Shown piece by piece: positions 19,026-29,776 of a DNA stretch of 64,000 bases (its first letter is position 1; each line of letters begins with the position of its first letter). A program made the translations under genes and the position numbers. The notes under the pieces are model-generated. The model saw only the letters and a list, made by a program, of their open reading frames with translations. It had not been told where the DNA came from and searched no databases. The DNA comes from an uncultured Methanomicrobiales archaeon (GTDB taxonomy: Archaea; Halobacteriota; Methanomicrobia; Methanomicrobiales; Methanospirillaceae), in NCBI GenBank assembly GCA_963697895.1, contig OY969100.1:736001-800000 (forward strand), read 5' to 3'.

Positions 19026-20888
19026 TCATTCATCCAGGATCTGATCGATCTCACGTTCGAGGGTTTCACATACTACTTTCCCATCAATTGACCCGCGAAC
19101 TTCTTCCATGACAATTCCCATGATCGGTCCGATCGCTCTCTTCCCCCGTTGTTTAATAAAATCGATCCGCTCGTGCACGACCCGCCGGACGATCGTTTCC
19201 AGATCGGTTGAGGATATGGATGAGGTACATTCGCTAATTGCCGTTTCAAGCGGAATGCCGGTAGCAATACTGGTTAAAATACGGGGAATTGCCTCCTTTG
19301 CCGCAGATCCGTTTTCCACCGCGCACATCACCTCGATCAATACGGGACCCAGATCGGTATCCTTCGGTTCATTCACCAGTACCCGGATATCGACCCCTTC
19401 CCGGGAAAGCTCCTTGAGTGTGGAAAAGATGGTGCGGGATGCCAGGTTCGGGTTGATCCCCACCTGTATTGCCCGCTCGAACAGCCAGAGGTATTCGGAA
19501 TAGGCGATCTGCCGTGATAATGCCGGATCGAAACCAAACTCACGGGAAAATCGGTCGGCTTTGACGGTTAACAATTCCGGCAGTGGCAGCGAGTCCCAGA
19601 GTTCCCGGTCAACGGAGACCGGGAAAACATCCGTTTCCGGATACATGCGGGCTGCGCCTGGGAGCGGCCTCATGTACGCTGAATTTCCTTCCTCGATCAT
19701 CTTACGGGTCTCTTCCGGGACACCGTTCAGGGCCGCATTCGCTCTCCTCATCACCTGAGCAGCGGCACACGTGGTCTGAGCATGGTTACCGGCCACGATC
19801 GCCACACAATCGGAAGGACCGGCGCCGACGCATTCACGGAGGCGTGTTACTTCGTCATGGGTAATTCCATAGGCTGGAAGTTCATCGGTATGAAAGATCC
19901 CCCCTACACCGCATTTTTTTGCATAATCGGATAATTCACTTCCAAATCGGCGACCAGGCTGGATCTCCCTCCCGACAATCCCTGCAAATCCTCTGAGCGA
20001 GACGGCGAGGATCCTATCTGCCTTTCTCAGTATGGACGATCGGGTTTCTTCGAATATACTTGATACATCGATCGGGTCTGAATCAACTGAAGCCCCCCTC
20101 TTCCGGAGTTCCGTCCGGATCTGCAGGAGTCCCTGTTGACGGCAGACTTCCCGCCGCACGACTTCGCTGATGAGATCGAGATCCTGGACTCCTTTGATCT
20201 CGATTCGGGCGCCTTCACGGATGGAAATATTGATATCCTGTCTGATGGTACCGAGTCCCCGTTTCACCCGCCCGGTTGAACGCAGAACCATGCCCAGATA
20301 TTGAGCCATCTGTTGCACGTCCTCCGGTGTGTGCATGCAGGGTGAAGTGGTGATTTCGACGAGAGGGATTCCGAGGCGATCGAGGGAAAAGATCTCATCC
20401 TTCACCCGCTGTGCCGCCTCTTCTTCCAGACACAGGGTTTCGATCCTCCCCCCGCCAGGGAGATCCCCGTCGATGGCGATGAGGGCGGTCCGCTGGAAAC
20501 CACTCGTATTAGATCCATCGATCACCAGTTTTCTCATCGTATGCACCTGCTGCACCGGGGTCATGCCGAAACACTTTGCAATGGTGAGACAGATAGTGAA
20601 GGCTTCGTCGTCTAGCAGGGAAGGCGGCTCTTCGTCGTTCTCGACCAGACAGGTTGTGTCGTACGTAAAATACCGGAACCGACGTTCCTGCTTCATCTCT
20701 TCTTTCGCTGCTTCGTCAATCTCGCCGAGTTCGCTAACGGTAGCACGTAAAAACCGGAAGAATTCGCCGTTCCTTTCCTCGAATTTTCGGAGGACGGTCG
20801 GGCATCCGCAGAAGAGTTTCTCCCGGGTATTCAGCTGCTGGTGGATCTCGATGCCTGCTTTGAGGCCGAGAGATTCATAATCCATCAA
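19026..20888 (-). CDS. gatE: Glu-tRNA(Gln) amidotransferase subunit E
   Basis: GLKAGIEIHQQL, DGSNTSGFQRT, RGLGTIRQD, PGAARMYPETD. Confidence 0.98.
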   Translation of the reverse strand: MMDYESLGLKAGIEIHQQLNTREKLFCGCPTVLRKFEERNGEFFRFLRATVSELGEIDEAAKEEMKQERRFRYFTYDTTCLVENDEEPPSLLDDEAFTICLTIAKCFGMTPVQQVHTMRKLVIDGSNTSGFQRTALIAIDGDLPGGGRIETLCLEEEAAQRVKDEIFSLDRLGIPLVEITTSPCMHTPEDVQQMAQYLGMVLRSTGRVKRGLGTIRQDINISIREGARIEIKGVQDLDLISEVVRREVCRQQGLLQIRTELRKRGASVDSDPIDVSSIFEETRSSILRKADRILAVSLRGFAGIVGREIQPGRRFGSELSDYAKKCGVGGIFHTDELPAYGITHDEVTRLRECVGAGPSDCVAIVAGNHAQTTCAAAQVMRRANAALNGVPEETRKMIEEGNSAYMRPLPGAARMYPETDVFPVSVDRELWDSLPLPELLTVKADRFSREFGFDPALSRQIAYSEYLWLFERAIQVGINPNLASRTIFSTLKELSREGVDIRVLVNEPKDTDLGPVLIEVMCAVENGSAAKEAIPRILTSIATGIPLETAISECTSSISSTDLETIVRRVVHERIDFIKQRGKRAIGPIMGIVMEEVRGSIDGKVVCETLEREIDQILDE

Positions 20889-22113
20889 GAGACCTCCGGT
20901 TACACTCGCCCCGTATATCCTGTTTCAGGAGAATCTTTGCCCGTTCGGGATCGGGCTCATTTCCGAGGACCCACATGAGTTTTACCAGCGCAGCCTCAGG
21001 GAGCATGTCTTCTCCTTCAATGACTCCGATTTCAAGAAGGTCACGACCGGTGTCATAGACACGATCGCAGATTCTTCCGTTCAGGCACTGCGAGGTCATT
21101 ATCACCGTGGTTCCTTCCTCGATAAGGGATTTTAATGGCGCAATGAGGTTCGTGCTGGTATGCCCCAGCCCGGTCCCCGCAATTACCAGACCCCGGAAAC
21201 CGGCAAATGCTTCAATCATTGATGCCCGCATCCCGGGATAGAAGGAGATCAGCGCACAGCGTTCTTCGAGCCGGTTATGGAGTGCTGGCTCCCGTTCTCC
21301 CCGTCGAACTGCTTTATCACCCAATTTAACTTCAAGCGACGGATACTCGACATAGCCCAGGGGCGGTATACCGATGCTCCGGAACGCATCCCGGCGCGAA
21401 GTATGCATCTTTCGTACCCGCGTCCCACGGTGGATCGCACACCGGTCGTCGCTCGTCGATTCATGCATTACGACCACAACTTCGCCGAGCAGGCTCACGG
21501 CTGCACTCGCGCTACAAAGAGCGTTCATCGTATTGTCGCTGCTGGGACGATCGGCTGACCTCTGTGAACCTACAAAAATAACCGGTACTGGCGTATCCAC
21601 CATAAAACTGACAGCCGCTGCGCTGTAGGCCATCGTATCTGTACCATGGGTTACTATCACCCCGGTCACGCCGTCACATATCTCCCGGTATACTGCCTCC
21701 GCAAGCTCCTGCCATATCCCGGGGGTCATGTTCTCCGAAAGGATCGTGTACAGCTGACGGGTCCGGTACCGGGCAATCGTTCGAAGCCCGGGTATGGCCC
21801 GCAGAATATCATCTGCATCAAACTGGCTGGTAACCGCTCCGGTCCGGTAATCGATACGGCTGGCAATAGTCCCTCCCGTTGAAATAATGGAGATCTCCGG
21901 CAGGGTTTCGTCCTGTGACACCGTTACCTCGCGGGCAGAGGGCATTACCTGGTGTTCGATTAGGGTTATAAAATCTGAGGATACGCCGATGTTGTATCCA
22001 CTGTCGAGCTTCACCACTGCCATGCTGTCCCGTTGAGTAATATAGGTCCCTCTGCGCGCTTCCCGCCCGAAAGAGCAGAGAACCCGGTCGCCTGGTGAAA
22101 ATGTCCCGCTCAC
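20875..22113 (-). CDS. gatD: Glu-tRNA(Gln) amidotransferase subunit D
   Basis: KLDSGYNIG, TGGTIASRIDYRTGAV, HGTDTM, SQRSADRPSSD. Confidence 0.98.
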   Translation of the reverse strand: MSGTFSPGDRVLCSFGREARRGTYITQRDSMAVVKLDSGYNIGVSSDFITLIEHQVMPSAREVTVSQDETLPEISIISTGGTIASRIDYRTGAVTSQFDADDILRAIPGLRTIARYRTRQLYTILSENMTPGIWQELAEAVYREICDGVTGVIVTHGTDTMAYSAAAVSFMVDTPVPVIFVGSQRSADRPSSDNTMNALCSASAAVSLLGEVVVVMHESTSDDRCAIHRGTRVRKMHTSRRDAFRSIGIPPLGYVEYPSLEVKLGDKAVRRGEREPALHNRLEERCALISFYPGMRASMIEAFAGFRGLVIAGTGLGHTSTNLIAPLKSLIEEGTTVIMTSQCLNGRICDRVYDTGRDLLEIGVIEGEDMLPEAALVKLMWVLGNEPDPERAKILLKQDIRGECNRRSLDGL

Positions 22114-23588
22114 GAAACAATCCTCCTCGCATCATATACGAGACGCTGCTTCGCTTCCGCGATCGAGGCAATCTTCTGCTCGAGTTCGATCCTGTCATCC
22201 CCCAGCTCTTTTCGTCGTTCTCCCAGGGCGATCCTCACCGAAAGGGGTGAGGGGCCTCCTTCCGCCCTCCGGATCGAAACGCTCTGTTCCACATCAAGGG
22301 CTTCATGCACCTGCGCCTCCGTGAGACCCTGTTCCAAAAGCGAAATATGTGCGATTTCATTGCCGGAACTTTCAAGCGTGCTCAGATCTATGCTTCCCTG
22401 CTGTATCGCTCTTGCAACAATAGAATGTGCAGTCCTGAACGGGAGATCAAATCTTCGAACAAGCATGTCTGCAAGATCCGTTGCAGTTGTATCACCTCTT
22501 CCTGCTTCCTCCCGCATTCTGCCTGTGTCAAACTCTGCCGTCGCGAGCATGTCAACCAGCAGCCGTGTGCTGTGTTTCGCGTCACGCGTTCCCCGCCAGA
22601 TGCTGGGGGTCATCTCCTGAAGATCCCGGTTATAACTCATCGGGAGACCTTTTACAGTCGCCAGAGCCGCCGTATATGCGCCAAGCACGGAAGCCGACTT
22701 TGCCCGCATAATTTCAGCCGTGTCGGGGTTTTTCTTCTGGGGCATGATCGAACTGGTTGAACAGAAGGCATCGTCAAGGGAAACAAACCGGATAGAGGAG
22801 GAACTCCAGAGAATGAACTCCTCGCAGAGGCGACTTACATGAATCATCAGGATCGAGAGGTTCGAAAGAAGCTCGAGCGCAAAATCTCTCGATGCCACGG
22901 CATCCATGGTATTGACCACCATTCCATCAAAGCCGAGAAGTTGAGAGGTGAACTCCCTATTAATCGGATAACCCGTTGAGGCGAATGCGGCAGCGCCGAG
23001 GGGAGACTGGTTCACACGTGCAAAACATTCCCTTATGCGATCAAAATCCCGCCCGAATGCCTGTTCATATCCAAGCAGATGATGGGCGAGAGTTGTCGGC
23101 TGTGCATACTGGAAATGGGTGAATCCCGGCATGATCGAACCGGTGTGTTCCTCTGCAATCGCGAGGAGAGTCTCCCGGAGGCGGCAGAGGATAGAGAGCT
23201 GGCGGAGAATATCATCTCGGAGCCTCATCCGCATACAGGTCACCACCTCATCATTCCTCGACCGTGCAATATGGAGCCGTCCGCCGATCTCCTCTCCAAG
23301 GGTCTCAACGAGAAGTGTTTCGATGCCCGCATGGATATCCTCGAAACTGACATCGAATGCAGCTTCCGGGATCCCATTGTCGAACATATCCAGTAACGCT
23401 TCCAGAAGCTTCCTTGCAGGTTCCCGCCCGATGATCTGTTGCTTGTGAAGCATCAGGACGTGAGCCATATCCACAAGGATGTCCGCATCTGCGATACACC
23501 GGTCTGCCTTCATGGAAGAGAGGAACTGCATCATTTCCCCGGTTCGCTCCCCGCTTAAACGGCCTCTCCTGATCACATCATTCGGCAT
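22110..23588 (-). CDS. argH: Argininosuccinate lyase
   Basis: ARSRNDEV, SSIMPQKKNPD, LPMSYNRDLQE. Confidence 0.97.
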   Translation of the reverse strand: MPNDVIRRGRLSGERTGEMMQFLSSMKADRCIADADILVDMAHVLMLHKQQIIGREPARKLLEALLDMFDNGIPEAAFDVSFEDIHAGIETLLVETLGEEIGGRLHIARSRNDEVVTCMRMRLRDDILRQLSILCRLRETLLAIAEEHTGSIMPGFTHFQYAQPTTLAHHLLGYEQAFGRDFDRIRECFARVNQSPLGAAAFASTGYPINREFTSQLLGFDGMVVNTMDAVASRDFALELLSNLSILMIHVSRLCEEFILWSSSSIRFVSLDDAFCSTSSIMPQKKNPDTAEIMRAKSASVLGAYTAALATVKGLPMSYNRDLQEMTPSIWRGTRDAKHSTRLLVDMLATAEFDTGRMREEAGRGDTTATDLADMLVRRFDLPFRTAHSIVARAIQQGSIDLSTLESSGNEIAHISLLEQGLTEAQVHEALDVEQSVSIRRAEGGPSPLSVRIALGERRKELGDDRIELEQKIASIAEAKQRLVYDARRIVS

Positions 23589-23852
23589 TTGATCTGCAAC
23601 CTCTGTACAAAGTGGTGCAGGAAGAGATTAAAACCACGCCTTTCTGGCTTCAAGCTCAATTGTCCGCATCAGCATACCAGGGAAATTACATTGCGACTGG
23701 ATATGCCGAACAGATCTGTACATGAAATTTGTTATACTTTCGAACCCATATACGATATATTTTTGGGGAATTTTGAAAAAATATTAGTACATTTGTACAA
23801 TTATTTTAGTCGAATAAGAGATTATTAAATAGTGAAAAGGCAACGATATTTT

Positions 23853-25061
23853 ATGAGATATAAAAAGGTCCTCGCCCTTATCGGGATGATTGCATTGACG
23901 ATCCTGATCGCCGGATGCGTAACGCCGACCCCACCAGCGCAGGCCGCACAGGTCACTCTGCTCTATGCGAACGTGGGTCAGATGCCCCAGCTCCTTGCAA
24001 CGGGCCAGGTCGATGGCTATATGGCTTGGCAACCCTTCGTTTCGGTAGCAGATGTCACCGGGCTCGGCACCATTGTGTCTTACTCTCAGAACCTTCCCCC
24101 AAAAGGGATTTGGGAAGATCATTCCTGCGACAGCCTGGTTGCGAGGGATGTGATTGTAGCGTCAAATCCTGATACCACTCAGGCACTTGCGACACTTCTC
24201 ACCAAAGCCACGGATTACACTGCTCAAAACCCGGACCGTGCGGCAGAAATTTCCGCAGAATGGATTTTTGGTCGCAATAACCTGACATTCGGGAATATCA
24301 GTGTCGATCCGATAATGATAGAAAAAGCTTCCATTCCAACGATAAAATTTACGAACGATCCTTCACCACAATGGCAAAATTCGAATACGCTCTTCATCGA
24401 TGCGTTAAAGGATATCGGGTACATCACCGGATCCCTGGCGAATGCCACTCCGGAACAGAGGCAGGCGTTGTTATATAATTTTAATCCCTACAATGCCACA
24501 AAATCCATAACCGGACCCGGGCAGCAGACGACACCCTCCGGGGAGACCCAAAAGATAAATATCGGGTATCTTCTCTCCGACCATGATGCACCGTTCTTTG
24601 TTGCCATTAAAGAATGGAGATATTTCAATGATACCTATGGTGTTGCGCTCCGCCCGGTGAGCGATACCTACGGAAAGGTCGACGCAGCCGAACTGATAGT
24701 GAATGGGGAGAAGGTAGCCGACGTTCAGTTAGTCAGAGGTGACAGCGGCGCTCAGCTCATGACCCTGATGGGTTCCAATTCCATCGACTTTGCCGTTGCC
24801 GGAACGCCTCCGACCATCACCGCAATAGACAAAGGCACACCCTTAAAGATCCTCTTCCCGATGCATGTTGAGGGATCCGGATTGGTCGTCTCCTCATCGG
24901 CACCGGTGAAGGACTGGGATAGTTTCATCACCTGGGTCCAGGACCGATCCACACAGGGCAAACCGGTAAAGATCGCGGTCGCACCGAAAGGATCGATTCA
25001 GGATGTGCAACTCAGTTATGCTCTTGAACAGAGCGGAATCACGGTGAGCGAAACTCAATGA
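23853..25061 (+). CDS. SsuA/NrtA-type ABC substrate-binding lipoprotein, apparently circularly permuted
   Basis: LIAGC lipobox; DGYMAWQPF near the N-terminus, IGYLLSDHDA and GSIQDV in the C-terminal half; adjacent permease and ATPase. Confidence 0.88.
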   Translation: MRYKKVLALIGMIALTILIAGCVTPTPPAQAAQVTLLYANVGQMPQLLATGQVDGYMAWQPFVSVADVTGLGTIVSYSQNLPPKGIWEDHSCDSLVARDVIVASNPDTTQALATLLTKATDYTAQNPDRAAEISAEWIFGRNNLTFGNISVDPIMIEKASIPTIKFTNDPSPQWQNSNTLFIDALKDIGYITGSLANATPEQRQALLYNFNPYNATKSITGPGQQTTPSGETQKINIGYLLSDHDAPFFVAIKEWRYFNDTYGVALRPVSDTYGKVDAAELIVNGEKVADVQLVRGDSGAQLMTLMGSNSIDFAVAGTPPTITAIDKGTPLKILFPMHVEGSGLVVSSSAPVKDWDSFITWVQDRSTQGKPVKIAVAPKGSIQDVQLSYALEQSGITVSETQ

Positions 25062-25819
25062 GGAGATATATCTGGATTATATCTCCCATACTCCTTCTTG
25101 TCATCTGGGAAATCCTTGCCATCCTAATCAACAATCAGTTCATCCTCCCCACAGTGGGTTCAGTATTTGCTGTTCTTCTTCATCCCTTCGCTGATATCCT
25201 GGGTACCGGTAGCCTTGTCTCGAACGCAACAATAAGTCTTATCCGGGTCGTCACAGGATTTCTTGTCGGTGTCCTCGCTGCCATTCCGATTGGAATCGTG
25301 ATGGGGAAGTCCGAGCTGGTTGACCGTATGGTCGATCCCATCATTCAGATATTCCGGCCCATCCCTCCGATCGCATGGATTCCCCTGGCACTCGCGTGGT
25401 TCAAAATCGGCTTTACCTCTATTGTTTTTATCATATTCATCGGCGCTTTCTTCCCTGTCCTCATCAATACCATCGATGGGGTGCGTCGGGTAAACCGTAC
25501 ATGGATCGAGACTGCATACATCTTCGGAGCCTCTGAACTCCAGAGTGTTTATAAAGTTGTTATTCCGGCAGCTGCCCCCACCATCTGGACCGGACTCCGG
25601 GTGGGGTTCGGTATCGCGTGGATGTCCGTTGTTGCTGCTGAAATGACTGCGGGGACAAGTTCCGGACTGGGATACCTGATTATTTACGCATACAACTTTG
25701 GACAGGTCCAAGTCATAATTGCAGGAATGATCGTCATCGGTCTGATTGGGCTCGGGATCGATAACATGTTAAGAAGAGTGGAGCGGAAAAAATTCCAGTG
25801 GCAGGGACAGGAAAAATAA
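25058..25819 (+). CDS. Nitrate/sulfonate-type ABC permease
   Basis: RPIPPIAWIPL, EAA-like loop, W..VVAAEM...GLGY. Confidence 0.93.
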   Translation: MRRYIWIISPILLLVIWEILAILINNQFILPTVGSVFAVLLHPFADILGTGSLVSNATISLIRVVTGFLVGVLAAIPIGIVMGKSELVDRMVDPIIQIFRPIPPIAWIPLALAWFKIGFTSIVFIIFIGAFFPVLINTIDGVRRVNRTWIETAYIFGASELQSVYKVVIPAAAPTIWTGLRVGFGIAWMSVVAAEMTAGTSSGLGYLIIYAYNFGQVQVIIAGMIVIGLIGLGIDNMLRRVERKKFQWQGQEK

Positions 25820-25830
25820 CCGGTGGACGT

Positions 25831-26589
25831 ATGGATCTCAAAATTGCGCATCTTTCAAAGGAGTTTATGTCCGCAGCCGGTGAAAAGGTCATCGCATTGC
25901 AGGATATCAATCTTGAGATCAGTGACCGGGAGTTCGTGTGTCTCCTCGGCCCCTCCGGATGCGGAAAGACGACACTTCTCAGGATAATTGCTGGCCTTGA
26001 TGGGGCAACTGCAGGAAGTATAACGATCGACGGGGAGTCCATTACAAAACCGGACAGGAAGATGGCCATGATTTTCCAGGAATACTCGCTTTATCCCTGG
26101 AGAAACGTGATCGATAATATTACCTTCGGACTTGAAGTCAAGGGTCAGGGAAAAGCCGAGCGAAATACCGAGGCACAACACTATCTGGACCTTGTGGGGC
26201 TGGCAGGGTTTGAAAAGAGTTTTCCGTACGAGCTTTCCGGAGGCATGAGACAGCGGGTCGCAGTGGCCCGGGCACTTGCCGTCGATCCCGCCGTTCTGCT
26301 CATGGATGAACCGTTCGGTGCTTTGGATGCTCAGACGCGTAACCTGATGCAGAGAGAGATTCTCGAAATCTGGGAAAAGACGAAGAAAACTATCATATTT
26401 GTTACCCATAGTGTTGATGAAGCGGTGTTCCTTTCTGATCGACTCGTCGTCATGACTCCACGCCCGGGCAGGATTCAGGAGATCCTCCCTATCCTCCTGC
26501 CGCGACCACGGGATCGGACAAGCACGGAATTCGCACAGGTCCGCCGTTATGTCCTGAATCTGATCGATAGCAGAGGCGTTCTCCAGTAA
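25831..26589 (+). CDS. Nitrate/sulfonate-type ABC ATPase
   Basis: GPSGCGKT, LSGGMRQR, LLMDEPFGALD. Confidence 0.95.
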   Translation: MDLKIAHLSKEFMSAAGEKVIALQDINLEISDREFVCLLGPSGCGKTTLLRIIAGLDGATAGSITIDGESITKPDRKMAMIFQEYSLYPWRNVIDNITFGLEVKGQGKAERNTEAQHYLDLVGLAGFEKSFPYELSGGMRQRVAVARALAVDPAVLLMDEPFGALDAQTRNLMQREILEIWEKTKKTIIFVTHSVDEAVFLSDRLVVMTPRPGRIQEILPILLPRPRDRTSTEFAQVRRYVLNLIDSRGVLQ

Positions 26590-26650
26590 GATTTAATAAG
26601 CCACATCTCCTTTTTATAAAGCACGAACAGGGACGAGGAGTTACCCAGCG

Positions 26651-27169
26651 ATGGTCCGAAAACCAGGAAAAATGTATAGGAATCTGTCAAAAAAGGCATA
26701 TACCCGCCGCGAATACATGGGTGGTGTGCCTGGCAGCAAAGTTGTACAGTTCGAGATGGGGAACTTATCCGGAGAATTTCCTGCTGAAGCGCATCTGATC
26801 GTGGAAGAAGCCTGTCAGATCCGGCACACTGCCCTCGAAGCAGCCCGTATCAGCATCAACAGGAAACTACTCAAAGACGTGGGAAGGCAGAATTTTCACC
26901 TGAAACTCCGGGTATATCCCCATCATGTACTCCGGGAGAACAAACAGGCGACCGGTGCGGGTGCAGATCGTGTCTCGGAAGGGATGCGCCTCGCCTTTGG
27001 TAAGGCAGTCGGCACCGCGGCACGCGTGACGTCAGGGCAGAAGATTTTCACCGTCTATATGACGCCTCAGTACACCGATAAGGTGAAAGACGCACTCCGG
27101 CACGGTGGGCACAAACTTCCATCGCCGTCATATATCGTCATCGAGGAAAAACAACCGGTCATCAGCTGA
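26651..27169 (+). CDS. rpl10e: 50S ribosomal protein L10e/uL16
   Basis: [24 protein letters not shown]. Confidence 0.97.
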   Translation: MVRKPGKMYRNLSKKAYTRREYMGGVPGSKVVQFEMGNLSGEFPAEAHLIVEEACQIRHTALEAARISINRKLLKDVGRQNFHLKLRVYPHHVLRENKQATGAGADRVSEGMRLAFGKAVGTAARVTSGQKIFTVYMTPQYTDKVKDALRHGGHKLPSPSYIVIEEKQPVIS

Positions 27170-27270
27170 AGATTCCTTTTTTTCTCGGCAGATTTTATTC
27201 TGCAGTGCCCATAGTTTGTACACAGGGGATCATCAGGGGAAATTTTATCCTTTTCCCTCTCTCATGAGTT

Positions 27271-27591
27271 ATGATGGACCAGAGGGAGGAACGAGTGTTT
27301 CTGGACGTGGTTTCGGATGCAACAAAAAGAGCCACCTGGAAAGCCGAAGTATACCTCCCGGGAGATGTTTATCGGGCGATTACCTGGACCGCAGTCCTGG
27401 ATCAAGGCGATGTGCAGAGCTTGTCGCATCCCACATGTACCTCCGCAAAGAATATTTCAAAAGATCCCGGGATGAGAGAAACCGTCCGGAGATTTTTACT
27501 CAGGGAACTCCCGACTGCTGGTTGGTATGGACTCGATGGGCGGGGATCTCCTTGCAAAGGTGAGCAGGAAAGCAAAAATGCTTCTCGATGA
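27271..27591 (+). CDS. Hypothetical protein
   Basis: 106-aa ORF directly upstream of the kor operon. Confidence 0.55.
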   Translation: MMDQREERVFLDVVSDATKRATWKAEVYLPGDVYRAITWTAVLDQGDVQSLSHPTCTSAKNISKDPGMRETVRRFLLRELPTAGWYGLDGRGSPCKGEQESKNASR

Positions 27592-27621
27592 CATGTATTA
27601 AAGAGAGACAGGAAATCCCAC

Positions 27622-27894
27622 ATGAAACTGGTAATTGATGAAAACCGGTGCAAAGGCTGTAATCTCTGTACCATGGTCTGCCCTTACAAGATCTTCCGGC
27701 CGGGAAAGAAGCAGAATCCCCGGGGTGTTGTTATCCCTGAACTTGACCGTCCGGAGCGGTGCGCAAACTGCCGTCTGCAACCTTTGTATGGGCGAACTCT
27801 CTGTGGGGTATGTCAGATGATCTGCCCTGACCAGGCAATACGATGGGAGGAGGAGAAGCCTCATCAACCCCGGAAAGTGGCGGTGGAATATTGA
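27622..27894 (+). CDS. korD: 2-oxoglutarate:ferredoxin oxidoreductase delta (ferredoxin) subunit
   Basis: CKGCNLCTMVCP and CANC...CGVCQMICPD; operon context. Confidence 0.88.
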   Translation: MKLVIDENRCKGCNLCTMVCPYKIFRPGKKQNPRGVVIPELDRPERCANCRLQPLYGRTLCGVCQMICPDQAIRWEEEKPHQPRKVAVEY

Positions 27895-28991
27895 CCAGAA
27901 CAGAGTTCATGCAGGGAAATATTGCGTGTGCAGAAGGCGCACTTGCTGCAGGCTGTCGTTTCTTCGGCGGATACCCAATCACCCCGTCCACCGAAATTGC
28001 GGAACACATGGCGCAGAAACTTCCGAAACAGGGTGGCGTTTTCATCCAGATGGAAGATGAAATCGCCAGCATGGCATCCCTTATCGGTGCTTCATGGACC
28101 GGATTCCGTGCAATGACCGCGACCAGTGGTCCGGGTTTTTCTCTCATGATGGAGAACATCGGGTATGCAATCATGACGGAAACCCCGTGTGTCATCGTAA
28201 ATATCCAGCGCGGAGGACCGAGTACCGGCCAGCCCACGATGGCGGCCCAGGGTGACATGATGCAATGCCGGTTCGGATCTCATGGAGATTCCAGCATCAT
28301 CGCCTTGGCGCCGATGAGTGTTCAGGAGATGTTCGCACTCACGGTCCACGCATTCAACCTTTCAGACCGGTTCAGGGTTCCCACATTCCTGATGGCAGAC
28401 GAGATCATAGGTCATATGCGCGAGCGGATACTTATCCCCGATACCGTGGAAAATACACCGAGAAAGCCCTTGCAGAAGGGCAAACCACCGTTCCAACCGG
28501 ATCCGGATGATATTCCCGGGTTTCCGGAGTTTGGAAAGGGTTACGGAGTTCATGTAACAGGGCTGACCCACGATGAACGGGGATATCCCTGTGCCACGAA
28601 CCCCAAAGTACATGCGTCACTGGTGGAGCGTTTAGTTCGGAAGGTTGAATCCGCACGTCATGAAATTGCCGATTATGAAGTGGTCAATCCCGAAGCACGG
28701 AGGGTGTTCATCACGTACGGGGCACCGGCCCGATCCGTGCAGCAGGTTCTTCACGATCTCGAATCGTCCGATGTCGGGCATCTCCGGCTCAGAATGGTAT
28801 GGCCGTTTCCCGAAAAAGCCCTAATGCAATTTCGGAATGCTGAAGTATTCTTCGTCCCTGAACTGAATCTTGGTCAGATGGCACGGGAGATCGATCGTCA
28901 TACCGATGTTCCCGTCGTTCCGATCCCGAAACTGGGAGGAGATCTTCATACCCCGGAAGAATTGAAAATAAGAGCGCTGGAGGGTAAATGA
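27891..28991 (+). CDS. korA: 2-oxoglutarate:ferredoxin oxidoreductase alpha subunit
   Basis: YPITPSTE, EDEIAS, TATSGPG, QRGGPSTG; probable TTG start at 27891. Confidence 0.93.
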   Translation: MTRTEFMQGNIACAEGALAAGCRFFGGYPITPSTEIAEHMAQKLPKQGGVFIQMEDEIASMASLIGASWTGFRAMTATSGPGFSLMMENIGYAIMTETPCVIVNIQRGGPSTGQPTMAAQGDMMQCRFGSHGDSSIIALAPMSVQEMFALTVHAFNLSDRFRVPTFLMADEIIGHMRERILIPDTVENTPRKPLQKGKPPFQPDPDDIPGFPEFGKGYGVHVTGLTHDERGYPCATNPKVHASLVERLVRKVESARHEIADYEVVNPEARRVFITYGAPARSVQQVLHDLESSDVGHLRLRMVWPFPEKALMQFRNAEVFFVPELNLGQMAREIDRHTDVPVVPIPKLGGDLHTPEELKIRALEGK

Positions 28992-29776
28992 GTTTCAGCG
29001 ACTGGTTCAGGCAGGACCGTCTCCCGCATATTTTCTGCGCCGGATGCGGGAATGGAACCGTTATCAACTGCACCCTGAGCGCGGTGGACGAGATGGGCTG
29101 GTCAAAGGAAGAGACGGTCTTCATTTCCGGTATCGGGTGTTCTTCCCGTGCACCAGGGTATATCCTCACCGACTCGCTGCATACGACACACGGCCGGGCA
29201 CTGGCCTTCGCAACCGGTGTCAAACTTGCCCGACCTGAACTTCATGTGGTGGTCTTCACGGGGGACGGGGATCTTGCTGCGATCGGAGGCAATCATTTCA
29301 TCCATGCATGTAGGCGTAATATCGACATCACCGTGATTTGCATGAACAATCAGATATACGGCATGACCGGAGGACAAGGGAGCCCGACGACCCCCATAGG
29401 GGCTCTCAGCACAACCACTCCCTATGGCTCCGCGGAACCCGCTTTCGATCTGTGCGAACTTGCCATTGCAGCCGGTGCGAATTATGTCTCGCGCTGGACC
29501 TCATATCATGTCAAGGAGCTCTCCCGGGCAGTGAAGGTAGGACTCGAGACCCCTGGACTGTCCTTCATCGAAGCGATGGTCCAGTGTCCGACGAATTTCG
29601 GACGGAGAAACAAGTACCGTCAGGTGACCGATCAGGTCGAATACATGAAAACGCATACTATTCTCCGGCAGCAGCGGGACAGGATGATCGAGGGGGGAAT
29701 AGAGGTCCCATCCGATATGGTACCGGTTGGGGAGTTTATCCGTCGCAACCGACCGGCACTGGGGGTCCTGCAATGA
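28988..29776 (+). CDS. korB: 2-oxoglutarate:ferredoxin oxidoreductase beta subunit
   Basis: CAGCG, GIGCS, GDGD...NN TPP motif, YGMTGGQ. Confidence 0.93.
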   Translation: MSFSDWFRQDRLPHIFCAGCGNGTVINCTLSAVDEMGWSKEETVFISGIGCSSRAPGYILTDSLHTTHGRALAFATGVKLARPELHVVVFTGDGDLAAIGGNHFIHACRRNIDITVICMNNQIYGMTGGQGSPTTPIGALSTTTPYGSAEPAFDLCELAIAAGANYVSRWTSYHVKELSRAVKVGLETPGLSFIEAMVQCPTNFGRRNKYRQVTDQVEYMKTHTILRQQRDRMIEGGIEVPSDMVPVGEFIRRNRPALGVLQ

